A stretch of 61,268 nucleotides of DNA, filler included, from Asterionella formosa (lineage: Eukaryota): the NCBI GenBank assembly GCA_002256025.1. It is 5 parts of 5 records of this genome, joined end to end, with 100 filler letters (N's around TTAATTAATTAA, not from the genome) between each part and the next. Parts side by side here need not be neighbours in the genome. Positions count along the whole stretch, not along the records: positions 36,851 to 49,012 come from NKIB01007752.1; positions 49,113 to 61,268 come from NKIB01007756.1; 3 more parts are not named here. One strand, given 5' to 3'. Shown here in pieces: positions 36,851-49,234 of the stretch. The position numbers were made by a program, and so were the translations under genes. How positions within the stretch are numbered: position 1 is the stretch's first letter; every line of letters begins with the position of its first letter. Below the pieces are notes generated by a model. That model was not told the DNA's origin. It ran no database searches and worked only from the letters and a program-made list of their open reading frames with translations.

Positions 36851-37536
36851 ATAATATTATCACTGTAGACTCGGTATTATTTTTACGAGACCTGAAATGT
36901 TGAATTATATCGTTCACATATTCATTGATTTTACGTACCGTATGCCCGATTTCGTCCTCACAAATATAGTTCTCACTCTATCTTGCCTGCCTTTGCTCTA
37001 TTCGGGCTTGCAATAGTAGGCAATGTTCGTCTTTCTTTTATCCCATCGTCTGCTGCTTGTTATGCTAGTTGAAGCGGATCGGTGAGTACAACAGTGAAAT
37101 ACTGAATGTGGATTGTAGATCGTATTTATCGACTTTCCGATTTGATTGCTTCCGTGGTTTGTTTTGATCGCTTCCATCGTTGTTTGTCGTTACGCACTGT
37201 CGTTTTCTTCGATTGTATATATCTGCATAAGAACCAATGCATTTATCAATAACTACTCATTGAAGATGTGGTATTGTGCCATTGTTGATCATATTTATAG
37301 ATTTGTATAGTCGTTGACAATGACGTCAATATTGCTGCCAAGCAATGCTTTTCTTGTACTAACGCGCTTTGCTACATTTCTACTACGAGTTCGTATGAGA
37401 AGGAACATGAATACTCAGCTATTAGAGAGAGTCAATAGTGCTGGAGCAGCGTGGCGATCACGCTTGCTCAGAATGGAATGATCAGGGTTGCTTGTTTGGT
37501 GGGCAGCGGAGAGGAATGACTGTGGCGGAAATACTG
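36851..37536 (-). repeat. LTR-like repeat, copy A
   Basis: 36851-37000 and 37444-37536 are reverse complements of 47177-47329 and 47083-47176. Confidence 0.85.
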
Positions 37537-37564
37537 TAGTCCAACCTTTGTCCAGGACAATACA

Positions 37565-37626
37565 GGGGAATGGCTTAGTGGTTAGCACACTCACTGTGGT
37601 GGCGGGTTTGATTCCTGCATTCTCCA
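37565..37626 (+). pseudogene. tRNA-Ala-derived sequence (SINE head or tRNA pseudogene) lacking an intact anticodon arm
   Basis: Acceptor stem ggggaat/attctcc with a G3:U70 pair and A73; A-box tggcttagtgg; T-arm gcggg-tttgatt-cctgc; T5 run just downstream. Confidence 0.7.
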
Positions 37627-37829
37627 CCTGTCTTTTTCATGTATTCCCTAGGGTTCCAAGGGGTGCGGCTGATGAGAAGACAGGTCCCGTTGTACTGTAC
37701 AGACGAATAAAACCGGTACTAATTGTGTCCATATATTTGGTGGGCCCGAACCCAATTATTAGAAAGCTTTATTGTACTATAAAATTTAATTGACATTTAA
37801 AAAAAAAGAAAATTTGTCCAGCACAACAA

Positions 37830-40329
37830 CACATAGTAGGTGATGCTGCTCAGTACACATTGACTGATCAAGTGCCTTGTCCATTTGTTGGAAGACAAAG
37901 GGATCAAAGTGAATCAACAAACAAAGATGCATACAACTATTTCCTTTTACAAATCCGCATTAGAATTGAGATGAAGTTTGGATTGCTCACCAATAAATGG
38001 AGGATCCTGAGGACATTCTTGTCCTTCAGGATGAAGAAATCAGTTGCAATTCTTTCTGCTGCTTGTGCCCGCTTTCACAACTTTTTGCCTTCTCATCATG
38101 GATGATAATTAAAAGAAAGAAATTGCTGATGGAATGGAATTTCTCACTAGTTGGGAGCTTGTTGATCCAATTCCCAATGCTCCTCTTTGGTGGGCTTATC
38201 TTCCAACTGTCAGGAAGTTGGATGTAGTACAAGGTACTTAACAGATTTGGCAAATTATTCATGATGTTGTCACCAACAATGGGTTTAGGTGACCTCCGGT
38301 TAATGTGTTGCGTCGACAGCGTGAACTGACTAAATAGGATTAATGTAGACATACAAACTATAACTGGAAGGAATTAGGAAATAACAAGAACTAAGTAGAT
38401 ATATAATTGGTTTTCCTAACTATGATTAGATGCATCCTCTTCAGCTGTTTGTATGAGAGCCACAGAATTCTTGGTCAGTGCATCCATGATAGCTTCAAAA
38501 AGTTGGGCTTCAAAAAATTCAACAAAACTGACATTCTCTTGCTTGATAGTACTACTCTTTACCGTCGCATTTTTGTGACACTTCATTGCTTGCTACTTTA
38601 GTTTCGAGCTTCCTTTAACTTTTCGCGGTACATACTTACAACATCCATTAGTTCCTTCTCTCGTTTAACAAGAAAAATTTCTCGAGAAAATTCTGTATTG
38701 GAACTTTGAGAGGCAAGTGTTATTTGTGTACAGCACTCGTTTGCCTTTGAAAGTTCTATAAGCGCGTCGACCACTTGTTTGGATGTGTTTTGAAACTCAT
38801 CGCTGTCATATTTTCTACCTTTTCTTCGTTGAACAGGTAGATTGGTAACATCATCCTCTGCAGGAACGTGAATTAGACTGCCCATAGCAACACCATCACT
38901 TAAACTTGGTACTGTATAGGCACGGAAATGTGGCACATGTTGAAGCAATAAATGATAGTACAAAAAATAAGGCTGGTTTTGAGTGAAATTGTCAAAGTTA
39001 TTGTCTCGACCAGAAACTTTGCTGTTATTGAAACAGATCTTGTAATGTGCATTTAGAAATTCCATAACCTCTGAAAACTGTTTGCTACCCAACATATCAA
39101 AAGTGAGGGGGTATTCAAACTGGGTGTGTTTGAATGCCATGGATCCAACTGTAGCATCGTCTATGTCCATGTAGGTATCCAATAACTTTCCCAAACTGCT
39201 TTATGGGGAATTTCCTTGCATCCAACTCACTCATAGATTGAGTATTCCCAAGACACAAAATATCTTGTCAATGTTTCTCATCGAAGCAGCCATTAATTAA
39301 TCGATAGTATGTGCCATACTTCTTAATATATTTGGGAATCTGTTGCAGAATTTCTTTTCCTCTGATTCTTAGGAGGTCTTCCCTGTTTCTTAATAATCTG
39401 GTGGGATCTTTCAGAATATTCATCCAATAAAATATCAGCAGGATCTGGAGATGGAAATGCAGACAATTGGGAAGGAGATAATTCGGAATCTGAACTTGAG
39501 TCATTGACAATATCTTCTCTGGTAGTAGAAAGTTGCTTTGATAGTAGTAGGCAAGGAGACTTCCTTGTTGATGATTCAGGATTAAAGGGAGAGCCTTTTC
39601 TTTTCAGATACTTCTTTAGGCGAGGAGACACCCTTGTTGATGATTCAGGAGTAGCTAAAGGGAGCGCCGTTTCTTTTCAGATACTTCTGTGGTTCTTTTG
39701 ATGAATTTTTGTTGTACCCCATCATGTCTCGAAGATCAAGAGTCATTAACCAATTATTAATGAGTTGTGTAAAAGTTATCATCTTTGTTTTGTTTCTGTA
39801 TCCGGCGATTTTAAAGTGCACACAAATACGACGAAGTCGTTGTAGCGATATCTGTTGAATGAGCATGTCTTTTATCGTCGTCAATGAAAAGATCAGCAGG
39901 AGTGATACATGCAACGCACTGGTCATCCTGTTTCCTTGCTGCAGAGTAAGTTTCATTGTCCAAAGATTCAATGATGCCATTGCGCAAGTCCTTTACAAGT
40001 GATGAAAAGCATTATTCAATGAGTAGCTAGAGAAAAAAAATAATTGCTGCTGAGAATCCCTCCTCCCATAATTTATTTCTGTTGTTAACGTAAGAGATAA
40101 AAATGGTGTCTTTGTGGATTAGTTTAATTACATGACATATATTAAATTTATAAAATTAGTGTTGCTAGTGTTGCTTAACGCTGTATCTGCAGCGATACAC
40201 AACGATACACATTTCGGAGCAACAAAAAATGTGTTGCTGGAAGCAACAAATCACCCAGATGTGTGAGATACAAAAAATTGGGCCAAGCTACATTTTTTTG
40301 ATTTTTGTATCTCGGTTAAGATTGGCCCT
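37830..40329. mobile_element. PIF/Harbinger transposon, second copy: transposase 3' part (+), ORF2 (-), right TIR
   Basis: YNYFLLQIRIRIEMKFGLLTNKWRIL; ORF2 fragments GTYYRLIN and SGRDNNFDNF..QPYFLYYH; terminus ttgtatctcggttaagattggccct. Confidence 0.88.
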
Positions 40330-40411
40330 CAGATTTGTTGCCTGATCAACCAGTTCAGCAAACCGTCTTCTTCCTTCGAAATACAAATAGGAATCATTTT
40401 ACATTTTGAAT

Positions 40412-40492
40412 TTGCTGAAAATTACTAGAACTTGCTGACAACAACTAAAATTTGATGACAACGACTAGAATATGCTGACAATGACTGGAACG
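40412..40492. repeat. 20-bp minisatellite, about 4 copies
   Basis: Unit tgctgacaacgactagaa.., with related units at about 41385-41418. Confidence 0.75.
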
Positions 40493-42099
40493 TGAGAGCA
40501 AATACAAATAGATTTTTTGCATGACCCTTCTACAAATGAAATACCATACCTGGTAATGGTATATACATGAACATACACAACTATTGTACTAGTTACAGTA
40601 ATCTTTCTGAACTAAGGAGTTAGCTGTTTTTATCCAATATTAAATTGTTTTTCCAAGAAAAATGACTGCATCTGGTTGTTGAACCTGCAAGTTGTGGTCA
40701 TTTTCCTGAAACGGTCAATGTGTTACCACACAGCAACCTATTTTATAATATATAAAGGACACCTTCTTTTCATAGCACAATTCAGCGAAATAATTAGTAA
40801 AATTCTTCTAATAGCAAAAACGAGAACACACAACATATGACTATGACTTTCAGGAAATTCCTATAGGATATATGCTAAGGGTACCCGAGGTAGCCCTTGT
40901 AGACTATTGCATATAATAATTTAGCTTAGATGTTGCGATTTGTTTCTGTATACAATGTAGTTGCTGTGAACGGCTGGAGTATCCTGTATCATGCCATTTC
41001 CGCCTTGACCATGACGAAAATAACGAATATCTCCATGGAAAATGAAAACGACGCTATGCTATTTGGTAAATCTAACTTTGACAACATAGATAATACAATC
41101 ATAAGAAAATAATTGTAATAACACTAATATTTACAATGGAAATTGAAGTCGTCGATGGCGCATTTCTTCATGTAGTTTAGGCGATGCACATTTCAAAATG
41201 ACGACGTTGCGACAGCCGAGATTTAACACTTTCACAGCAGCGCCAACACGCTACACTATGGTAATCTGTAGGGCGAACCAAATCTTTTGTTTGATTCTCT
41301 ATTTACCAATATCAATTTATAGTCTATTGATATTTTCAAAATGACTCTTTTGTTTATGTGTAATGATCCAGCTGTTGACTACAAATGACTAGAAATTTGC
41401 TGACAACGACAAGAATATTTATTTCCGTTCATTTTTACTCACTGCATAACAATACATATGCATGTGTACATTCAACACTCAATGGCTGGGGTTGGTTAAC
41501 ATTCTATGATCACTCTGTGCACACATCTGACCCCAAAAAATCTAGCTCTCTGGTAACCCCCCCCCCCCCCCCCCAAAAAAAAATCGATTGAGGACATTAG
41601 TTTCTCCCTGAAATAGTTTCTGCCAAAGGGAGTGAGCACCCCAAGATTCTCCACCACCCAACCACATTTTTCTGGGGCTATGGAGCGCAATTAATAAAAT
41701 CCTGTAGCTAGTAGACTATTACTAATGCGCCATAAAAGTTATTGAAAAATATATTCATTTTAATTCATAGTTCATCAGCCTTTACATATTATAGCTATAC
41801 TATGTATTAGCGAATATAATCTGTACTGAGCGATACATGCATATGTAATTTTTTCATTTTTGTATGCAGGTATTTATGTATGGGCTCGTAGCAAAATCAG
41901 TGACAAGCAATAGCCCGACATTGTAGACCAGCAAGTTGTGTTAACTTGATCAAATGGATAACGTGACACAAGACAGGCGCTTAAGTACACAGAAATCGTC
42001 ATCAATTACATCTTTAAATCGTCTATATGGTAACCACTTAGTGACATAGGGCTGTATGCTAATTTTACGGAAATGTCAAAATGTGGGCATAAATGGCAT

Positions 42100-42890
42100 T
42101 AAAAAAGCAAATATCAATGGCCCATAAGGGCGGCCCGAACCAAAAGTAAGCAAAATCTTTGCTTTATTCCCTCCAAACTCAAGATTGTTCAACCTATCTT
42201 AAATAACGGTTTTGCAAATGATATAACAGTTATATCGGGTACCATCAGTAGTTGTTATGTATGATGAAGCTAGCATGTGAATATACAAGTCTAATATACA
42301 TAGTATCGTTCATCATTGGTTACTTTCATCATTTTGGCAGGAAAAGCAAGGAGAAAGATTTTGAGTTTGGAGAGAAGTAATCAAGACTTGCTTACTTTTG
42401 GCTTGCTTTTGCTTTCTTTTGCTTAGGGCCGACTTCGTATGCACCGGTCATAGTCATTTTCTTTTTTGCCATGCGCTCTCCTTTTGATGTTTCCGCATTT
42501 AGACGAAATAATTAGCATAAAACCTCCTTTATTCAGTCGTGATAAAGTGGATTTCAACAAATGAATCACATAAGAAACTAAGCTAATAATCATATGTTAA
42601 CGCTATGAATTATCATACCTTGGGTACCTGAGCATGAATCCAGCTATAATAAATGGTTATTTTTGGTACATGTAGTTGGTCCATGATATGATGAAGCTGG
42701 CATGTGCATATTAAAATCCTAACGCCTTTGGAGCATTTCATTACTGTTTTTTTCATCACTTTGGCCAGAAAAAGAGAATGATTTTGAGTTTGGAGAGAAT
42801 AAAGCAACTTTGTTTCACAGTCTTTGTCATTTTCTTTTTTGGCCATTCGCTCATGCTTTGATGTGTTCGTGTTTGGAAGAATAAATAAGT
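42100..42890. repeat. Diverged repeat: two direct copies (about 42238-42510 and 42665-42890) and one inverted partial copy (about 42100-42190)
   Basis: Shared blocks atgatgaagct.gcatgtg, attttgagtttggagagaa and gtcattttcttttttg; ctccaaactcaagatt is the reverse complement. Confidence 0.7.
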
Positions 42891-44724
42891 AGTCACAAAG
42901 GTTTGATACAGATAGTTTCAAATAGTAAATTTATGGCATTCTCAATGTAGTATGATGAACTTAACCACCTGTCCTGCCTCGCTTCTTCCGTTTCAGTAAA
43001 ATTACCACAACATGCTGGAATACCAGTACCTTGGCACTTATCATTTCAAATAAGTAGCATTCTGTGGTTTCAGTGTTTGCCTCTAGTTTTTTCACAAGAA
43101 GGAACCTTCAGTTCTTGGATATTGCTATTTTTCCTTGATTAATCCCCTTTATTCAAGGTAATGATAGATAAGGGTCATTGTAGTAGTTCTATCTTGAAGA
43201 GGCTTGGATGATAAGTTCCCTGAAAGTGTGATTTTTCCATTCACAATTCAGTTTTCATTGCATAGGAGAACATCACTGCTTGCCAATCATTGACACTACA
43301 TTGAACCCCTGCATGCAAAGGCTCAATCTTCCCCTGCATTCATATATTCCTTTTGTCTGTAAATTAACCTTTTATGCTCATGTGGGCATCATGAGCATCA
43401 TGTAATGTTGTTTTTCCTTGTTGCTATTTAGTGTAAATTACACTCAGTGACTTTCTGTTGTAGTTCACTGACTGCACCACCAGCTTGTGGGCTCATCAAC
43501 ACTTTGGTGTTCTGATATCTTCTGCAGACACGCATATCAATACCAGTAGAGGAATTCTTCTCTGTAGCTCAGAAAGACATGTTGTTGCTTCCAACAGAGG
43601 AATCTCCATTCTGATCAATACTGAAGATTTTTCTTGAGCTTGATACTGTGACTTCATCCTTGATGCAGCTGACTTTTCCTTTGTCTATTTTACTTGGACA
43701 GACATGCAATTGCTTCACAGATACTTGCTTTCTGGCCAGCTCATGATGAGTGGAATGGTTTCTGATGGTTTGTAAAGTAATGTGATCAGGATAGTGCAAC
43801 TATCCAGAGAACATTGCAACTCTTACAATACAGTCCTTGAAAGTACCAGATAAGATAAGATGATTTGTAAATTGTATCCTACATAATGCATGCCTATCTA
43901 AGCACAACCAATAATAGTCATTCTGTTGTGTCAGTGTTTGCCTGAAGGTTGTCCATAATAAGGAACCTAGTAACTCTTGGATATAGCTGTCTTCCCTTCA
44001 TTATAATTGTACAGATGTAGCCTGCTATAGACAACCAACCAGTAGACAACCCTGGCAGGATACTTTGACATGGGCTGCTGCAAGACGACAGCTGGTACCT
44101 GGTAGTCTACGCCCTCCGGGTGGAAACTTTGGCATCTTCACAAGCTATGTTTCCTTCTTGGTTGGGTTAACCCAAATCTGGAAAATTGCAACTCTTTCCT
44201 TCTTATCTGCAGAATTGTAAGGAGGGAAGAAGGGTGACAAGTCAACGAAAAGTCTGCAATAGGAATGCAGAACCTAAAATGATTCTCCCTCAAAGTTACA
44301 GGTATGCCACATGTTCCCTATTCATATTCTGGCAGTTGCTGTATAATGTTACAATCTCATCGCCTGTCACTGTAGTCCAGCAGAAGTGATATGACTTATT
44401 TTCAAGGAATCAAGAAAAATGAAGTGGTCCTGCAAAGTAGTTTTTGCAACCCACCATCGTAACCCTGACTAGGCCCACTTGCATTAAGAGTGTGACACTT
44501 TCTTCCCTTTTTGCTAAAGTCCTACCAGTACGATGACCAACGTAGATGCAATGGAATAAAGGAAATCATTATACTTACTCTTGTTTCCGCGCTCACACAA
44601 AATCTTTCAGGAAAGGGTTGCGGACCTCCAAAAAAGTAGCACAGAAGTAATCAATCCTGTTGAACTGCTCCGGGGTAGGAAATAGTATGGTGCGAAGAAA
44701 AAACGTGGTCAGCAATCTACTCTT

Positions 44725-46170
44725 CTAAAGGGGGGAATCTTCCTTTTTATCTTGCGTCACAACGTCGAATTCAATTTCCTGTTTCACCTCACGAAAAGCC
44801 ATAATATCCGGTGACAATACAGAAGCAACCTTTAGTCCGCCATGGTCAGTTGTAAAGTTAGCATGAAGACTGGGGAGACCAGTTCGTCTGACCATGTCCA
44901 CATTGTGGTTGAGAATCACCGCAGCTAGGTGCCGTCCTGGGGAGGCTAGGTTCGTCTTTATCTTGTGTCCAATGCTTTGATAAAGGGGTAAGAGATGATC
45001 TCTGGTCTTATATTCCTTGCCACTTTTCGTTGTTGAAATACGTCTACCAAATGGAGGGTTAGTCGCTACCAGCAAGTCCATTGGTGCAACACTTGAATTA
45101 AGAATCCATGGATTGTTGGCAAGTACTTGCGTTTGAATGTCCATATATTTGATAACACCAGCTCGTTCGGCATTTCTCTTCGTACTTTCCACAGCACCTT
45201 CATCTCGATCCGATGCCGATATCCGCGGCACCGTCTCGAGATTTTTGATTAAAATCTCTGACTCTTGCAAGCTTTGAGCCACAAGTTTTTCCCATTCCTT
45301 GGGGTCATAAAAACGTGTTGTTTTTAACGGAGCCTCACGCAATCTCCCAGGCGGCAAGCCTACCATCATGGCAGCTCCTTCTATTGGTAGTGTCCCAGAC
45401 CCACAAAAGGGATCCACCAAGCCAGAAAACCCAATTTCCTTTTCGTCTTTGTGATATTCTGGGCGTAATCCGGCTCCATAGAGCATGGCAAATGCAATGT
45501 CTTCGCGAAGTGGTGCCTTTCCGGTTTCAAGGCGATATCCTCGTCGATGGATGGGCGTTTCGGATGTGTCAATCGAGAGAGTAACTGTATCCCGATGTAT
45601 TCGCACAATAATTGTGGCTTTTTCAGTAGGACCGTGAGGGGTGTAATTCGTGGGCCTATCAAGTCTTTTCAATATTCCATTCTCAACTCTTTCAGCGACA
45701 GCTCCAGTATGCGTTAGTTTGCTCTTACTTGAAGTGACGCGAAAGTCAAACGCTGTCACGTTTGGGGAAATGAAGTTCTCCCAAGGAAATTGGGCGACCT
45801 TTCGAAGGAGCTCCGAAAAGCCGCGCACATCAAACGGCTGTCCGCAACGGATATACAAATGAGATGCGCAGCCGAGATACAAATGGCAATTGAGAATATT
45901 TTCGACGGACATGTCGCGAATGCTCACCCCTCCAGCGGATGCAGTATTAGGGATCTTGAGTGCATGCATCTCCTGCGACAGCAATGGTTCTAGACCGGGC
46001 AGGCAAGTCACAAACACGTTATGTTTGTCATTTGCTTTCTGCGAAACGCATCGTTTCACACCTGCACGAAAGTGGAAAGAACCCTGGGTTGTTGGTGTCG
46101 TACGAGATACTCGGAAGGCTCGCTCGACAGCAAACACTCTTCCTCGTGCTCCACCAATCCAACTGAACAT
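44725..46170 (-). CDS. THUMP-domain RNA m2G methyltransferase (RlmL-like), probably organelle-targeted
   Basis: TCLPGLE, SIDTS, HRRGYR...APLRE, DPFCGSGT, TNPPFG; Arg-rich N-terminal leader. Confidence 0.9.
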   Translation of the reverse strand: MFSWIGGARGRVFAVERAFRVSRTTPTTQGSFHFRAGVKRCVSQKANDKHNVFVTCLPGLEPLLSQEMHALKIPNTASAGGVSIRDMSVENILNCHLYLGCASHLYIRCGQPFDVRGFSELLRKVAQFPWENFISPNVTAFDFRVTSSKSKLTHTGAVAERVENGILKRLDRPTNYTPHGPTEKATIIVRIHRDTVTLSIDTSETPIHRRGYRLETGKAPLREDIAFAMLYGAGLRPEYHKDEKEIGFSGLVDPFCGSGTLPIEGAAMMVGLPPGRLREAPLKTTRFYDPKEWEKLVAQSLQESEILIKNLETVPRISASDRDEGAVESTKRNAERAGVIKYMDIQTQVLANNPWILNSSVAPMDLLVATNPPFGRRISTTKSGKEYKTRDHLLPLYQSIGHKIKTNLASPGRHLAAVILNHNVDMVRRTGLPSLHANFTTDHGGLKVASVLSPDIMAFREVKQEIEFDVVTQDKKEDSPL

Positions 46171-47082
46171 ATTTCAGTCGACTGATAAGAATATGCAGCT
46201 GTTATTCTCTTGTCCGCGAAAGAAAGCAATGTGGCTGCGATCTGTTGGTTGGTCGCGGTCAAGCGAAATCAAAGGAATAAATTAATTTGTGCTTCCATCC
46301 GTCGTGGCTGAAGGACGAAGCAAAGTCGGATGGATGGCTGTGGTTCGATCCTCCTGGGCAAATTATAAAAACGAGATTGATAAAGTATACTGGTACATAT
46401 GTATTACGCATATTAATACCGGTACTGTAATCAACAACGTTTTGTTAGATACATATCCATTTAGTTTATTTGATTGCGAGACGACCAATTCGAACCAACT
46501 ATACTACAGGTGTACGAACATACTTCTGTAAGTCGACCGAATGTCCGGAGTCGTGATCGAGCATTGCTGGAGCAATTCCCGCTCCAGCAATCGTCTTGCC
46601 ATCCGGGTACTTCTTAAGTAATTTTTATTTAAGGGCAATATGGGGCACATCGAATTTTTCGGCAATAAAATTGCCGATTTTAGCATGACAACCAGAATAA
46701 CGGTAATATGCATAGAGATGGTACAACAAGCGTAAAACACACGAGAATGATTGTAACATGCAACATCAATGAAAATTGAACATGATGTTTGGAGCAACCA
46801 AAGTATGAAATGCGATGTAATAAGTAGCATCAAATGAGAAATAGAAAAAATTGTTTTGGGTTAGAAATGAAATAAAAAATAAGAGTTTCAATGGAGACGT
46901 ATGCATTGTGAATCATTGTAGTACTTACACAGGCAACATTGACTTTCCATCACCATACAATCGACGACCAAAAGAAGAAGAAAAAAGCTCAACCCAGCCA
47001 CTGTAGACCTGCATTGTTATTTAGTGTAAATGGTATGGTTGCTGCAACCATGCGCATCGCTGTAGTAGCCTGACACCAGTAG

Positions 47083-47332
47083 CAGTATTCCTGCCACAGT
47101 CATTCCTCTCCGCCCACTTAACAGGCACCCTGCCTGATCATTCCATTCTGAGCAAGCGTGATTGCCACTCTGCTCATAGAGCAAAGGCAGGCAAGAAAGA
47201 GTGAGAACTATATTTGTGAGGACGAAATCGGGCATACGGAACGTAAAATCGTCAATGAATATGTGAAAGATATAATTCAACATTTCAGGTCTCGTAAAAA
47301 TAATACCAAGTCTACAGAGATAATATTATAAC
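47083..47332 (+). repeat. LTR-like repeat, copy B (internally deleted relative to copy A)
   Basis: Inverted match to 36851-37536 lacking 37001-37443. Confidence 0.85.
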
Positions 47333-47648
47333 GTGTTCAAAGTAAGCGGTAAAGCATAGCTTAAACCATGATGGTTGTTTTTAGTACCACGTACGTATGT
47401 AGACTAGATGACTGCCGGTACAAGTAGAATATCCGTTAAGCATCATTACATACATGACCGGAGCAAAAACTTGCCACCAACATCAGATGAATCGATATCA
47501 TTGTTCATCCGACTAAAAATGGACGATGCGACTACATGAATGCCTCGAGACGACAAGCAATCCAACAATCAACCGCATCCGTCAGGCAAAGAATCGCTAC
47601 TGGCGTCATTGCGGAACTGATTTCGCTTCAAACCGGTCATGATAGACG

Positions 47649-49012
47649 ATGATTGGCAAGGTGAAAGGTGAATTACCGGAGTCCACTTTTCAGGAGACGA
47701 ACAGAAACGAACCCATCTTCTCTCCTGATGGACTAAGTGGAGTAGGAACTTGTGGCCACATTGACACAGTTGACACACCAGTCACATACACTTTCCAAGT
47801 CATTGACCTCATTTCCAATATCATTGCCCTAGGGGGAGGAGCCTTGTCTTTGCTCATGCAACCACACTATGTCGATGAAGGCTCAGCTTTTGATGGTCGC
47901 ATCCCAAAGGGTGAAAATTTCAAACTACAGAAAACACCAACCAGCCTTCCAAACCCTGATGGTTGGCCAGGATACCACTCTGCCTCTGATACCCCTGATG
48001 CAGTAGAACTCCATGATCTTGAAGGTTTCTTTGGTTCTATTCCAACCATAGCGATTTTAGATGCTCCACCTACATTCCCACCTGAAGGAACACTAGATGA
48101 TGACGATTTCATCTCTAACCTTGATGGCCAACACCCTTTCCTCCACTATCTTGTGGCAGCCTGGCTTTACCTCCATGAACATACCAAGGGGACCTCCCTG
48201 CACATCGAGAACCCTATCCTTCCTGTAAAACACAAGTATGTGAAATGGTTAGTAGAAAACGCGATCATCCCAACAAAACCCCAACAAACCTCCAGCCTCC
48301 ACACAAACGAAACCGCCCCCTCTATACTTCATACTAGTACAGCAAAAACAAAATGGCTCACTCTTCTCTGCCAAACCATGATGGCAGACTGGATCCGCAA
48401 ATCCGCTTCTAACCGAGCCATCTACGAGAGCACACTTGACAACATTTCCAACGACCCTTTGGCGGAATTCTACCCCAGCACCAAAACAACCAACCCAGTC
48501 AATCTCAATGCAACAGGAGCTGGAGAGGATACACCCCATCCACCAACCACCACACCAACAATGTTGCCACTCCTCACACCACCAATCCCAAGAAAAAAGA
48601 TTCTCGTTCTACCTCCACTGCCACATCTCGCACCCCCCGCCCCCAACTGACACATCAGATTCCGTACTTTCTGAGCCGGAGGACGACGATATTGTGGAAT
48701 ACACTGGTCACAACAACCCTGCACCGGTTGACCCATATTCATTCCAACGGACCTACTACCAAACACCAGCAATCCCAACCCAAAAATTGGTACAGGAGAT
48801 CCACCTTTTCAACACAGAGGATTCCCGTACCCAACATCCTATCCAACAGCAAACACATACACACCACCAGCACCTCCCCCAACAGTCACTCCAACACACC
48901 AACTCCACCCTTCCAACCACGTCTCCCAGCAACGAAACTACCCACAATCATTACATTACACCAAGACCAAGACCAACAACCCCCAAGGCTCTCTGGAATA
49001 CTCATCCCCCCC
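47649..49012 (+). other. Long C/A-rich ORF region (333 aa plus a frameshifted Pro/Thr/Gln-rich continuation), probably retroelement ORF1/gag-like
   Basis: Strong strand C/A bias, overlapping ORFs switching at a C-run near 48632-48645, no recognisable domain. Confidence 0.35.
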
Positions 49013-49112
49013 NNNNNNNNNNNNNNNNNNNNNNNNNNNNNNNNNNNNNNNNNNNNTTAATTAATTAANNNNNNNNNNNNNNNNNNNNNNNNNNNNNNNN
49101 NNNNNNNNNNNN
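49013..49112. other. Artificial scaffold spacer
   Basis: N44-TTAATTAATTAA-N44. Confidence 0.97.
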
Positions 49113-49234
49113 TGAAATTGCTTGTTCCTGTCAGCATCGCTCTCCAAAGGTATTTTTCCTGGATCTTATCGTTGAATAGAGCGAAGAAAGTGGAGATCCC
49201 CAGCTGAGCCTTTGGGAAATCGGAATCCACGAGC

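Noticed and set aside
41557..41583. Poly-C/poly-A run (and poly-G at 8715 and 20092) as functional G-quadruplex sites
   Set aside because: Simple homopolymers with no supporting context.
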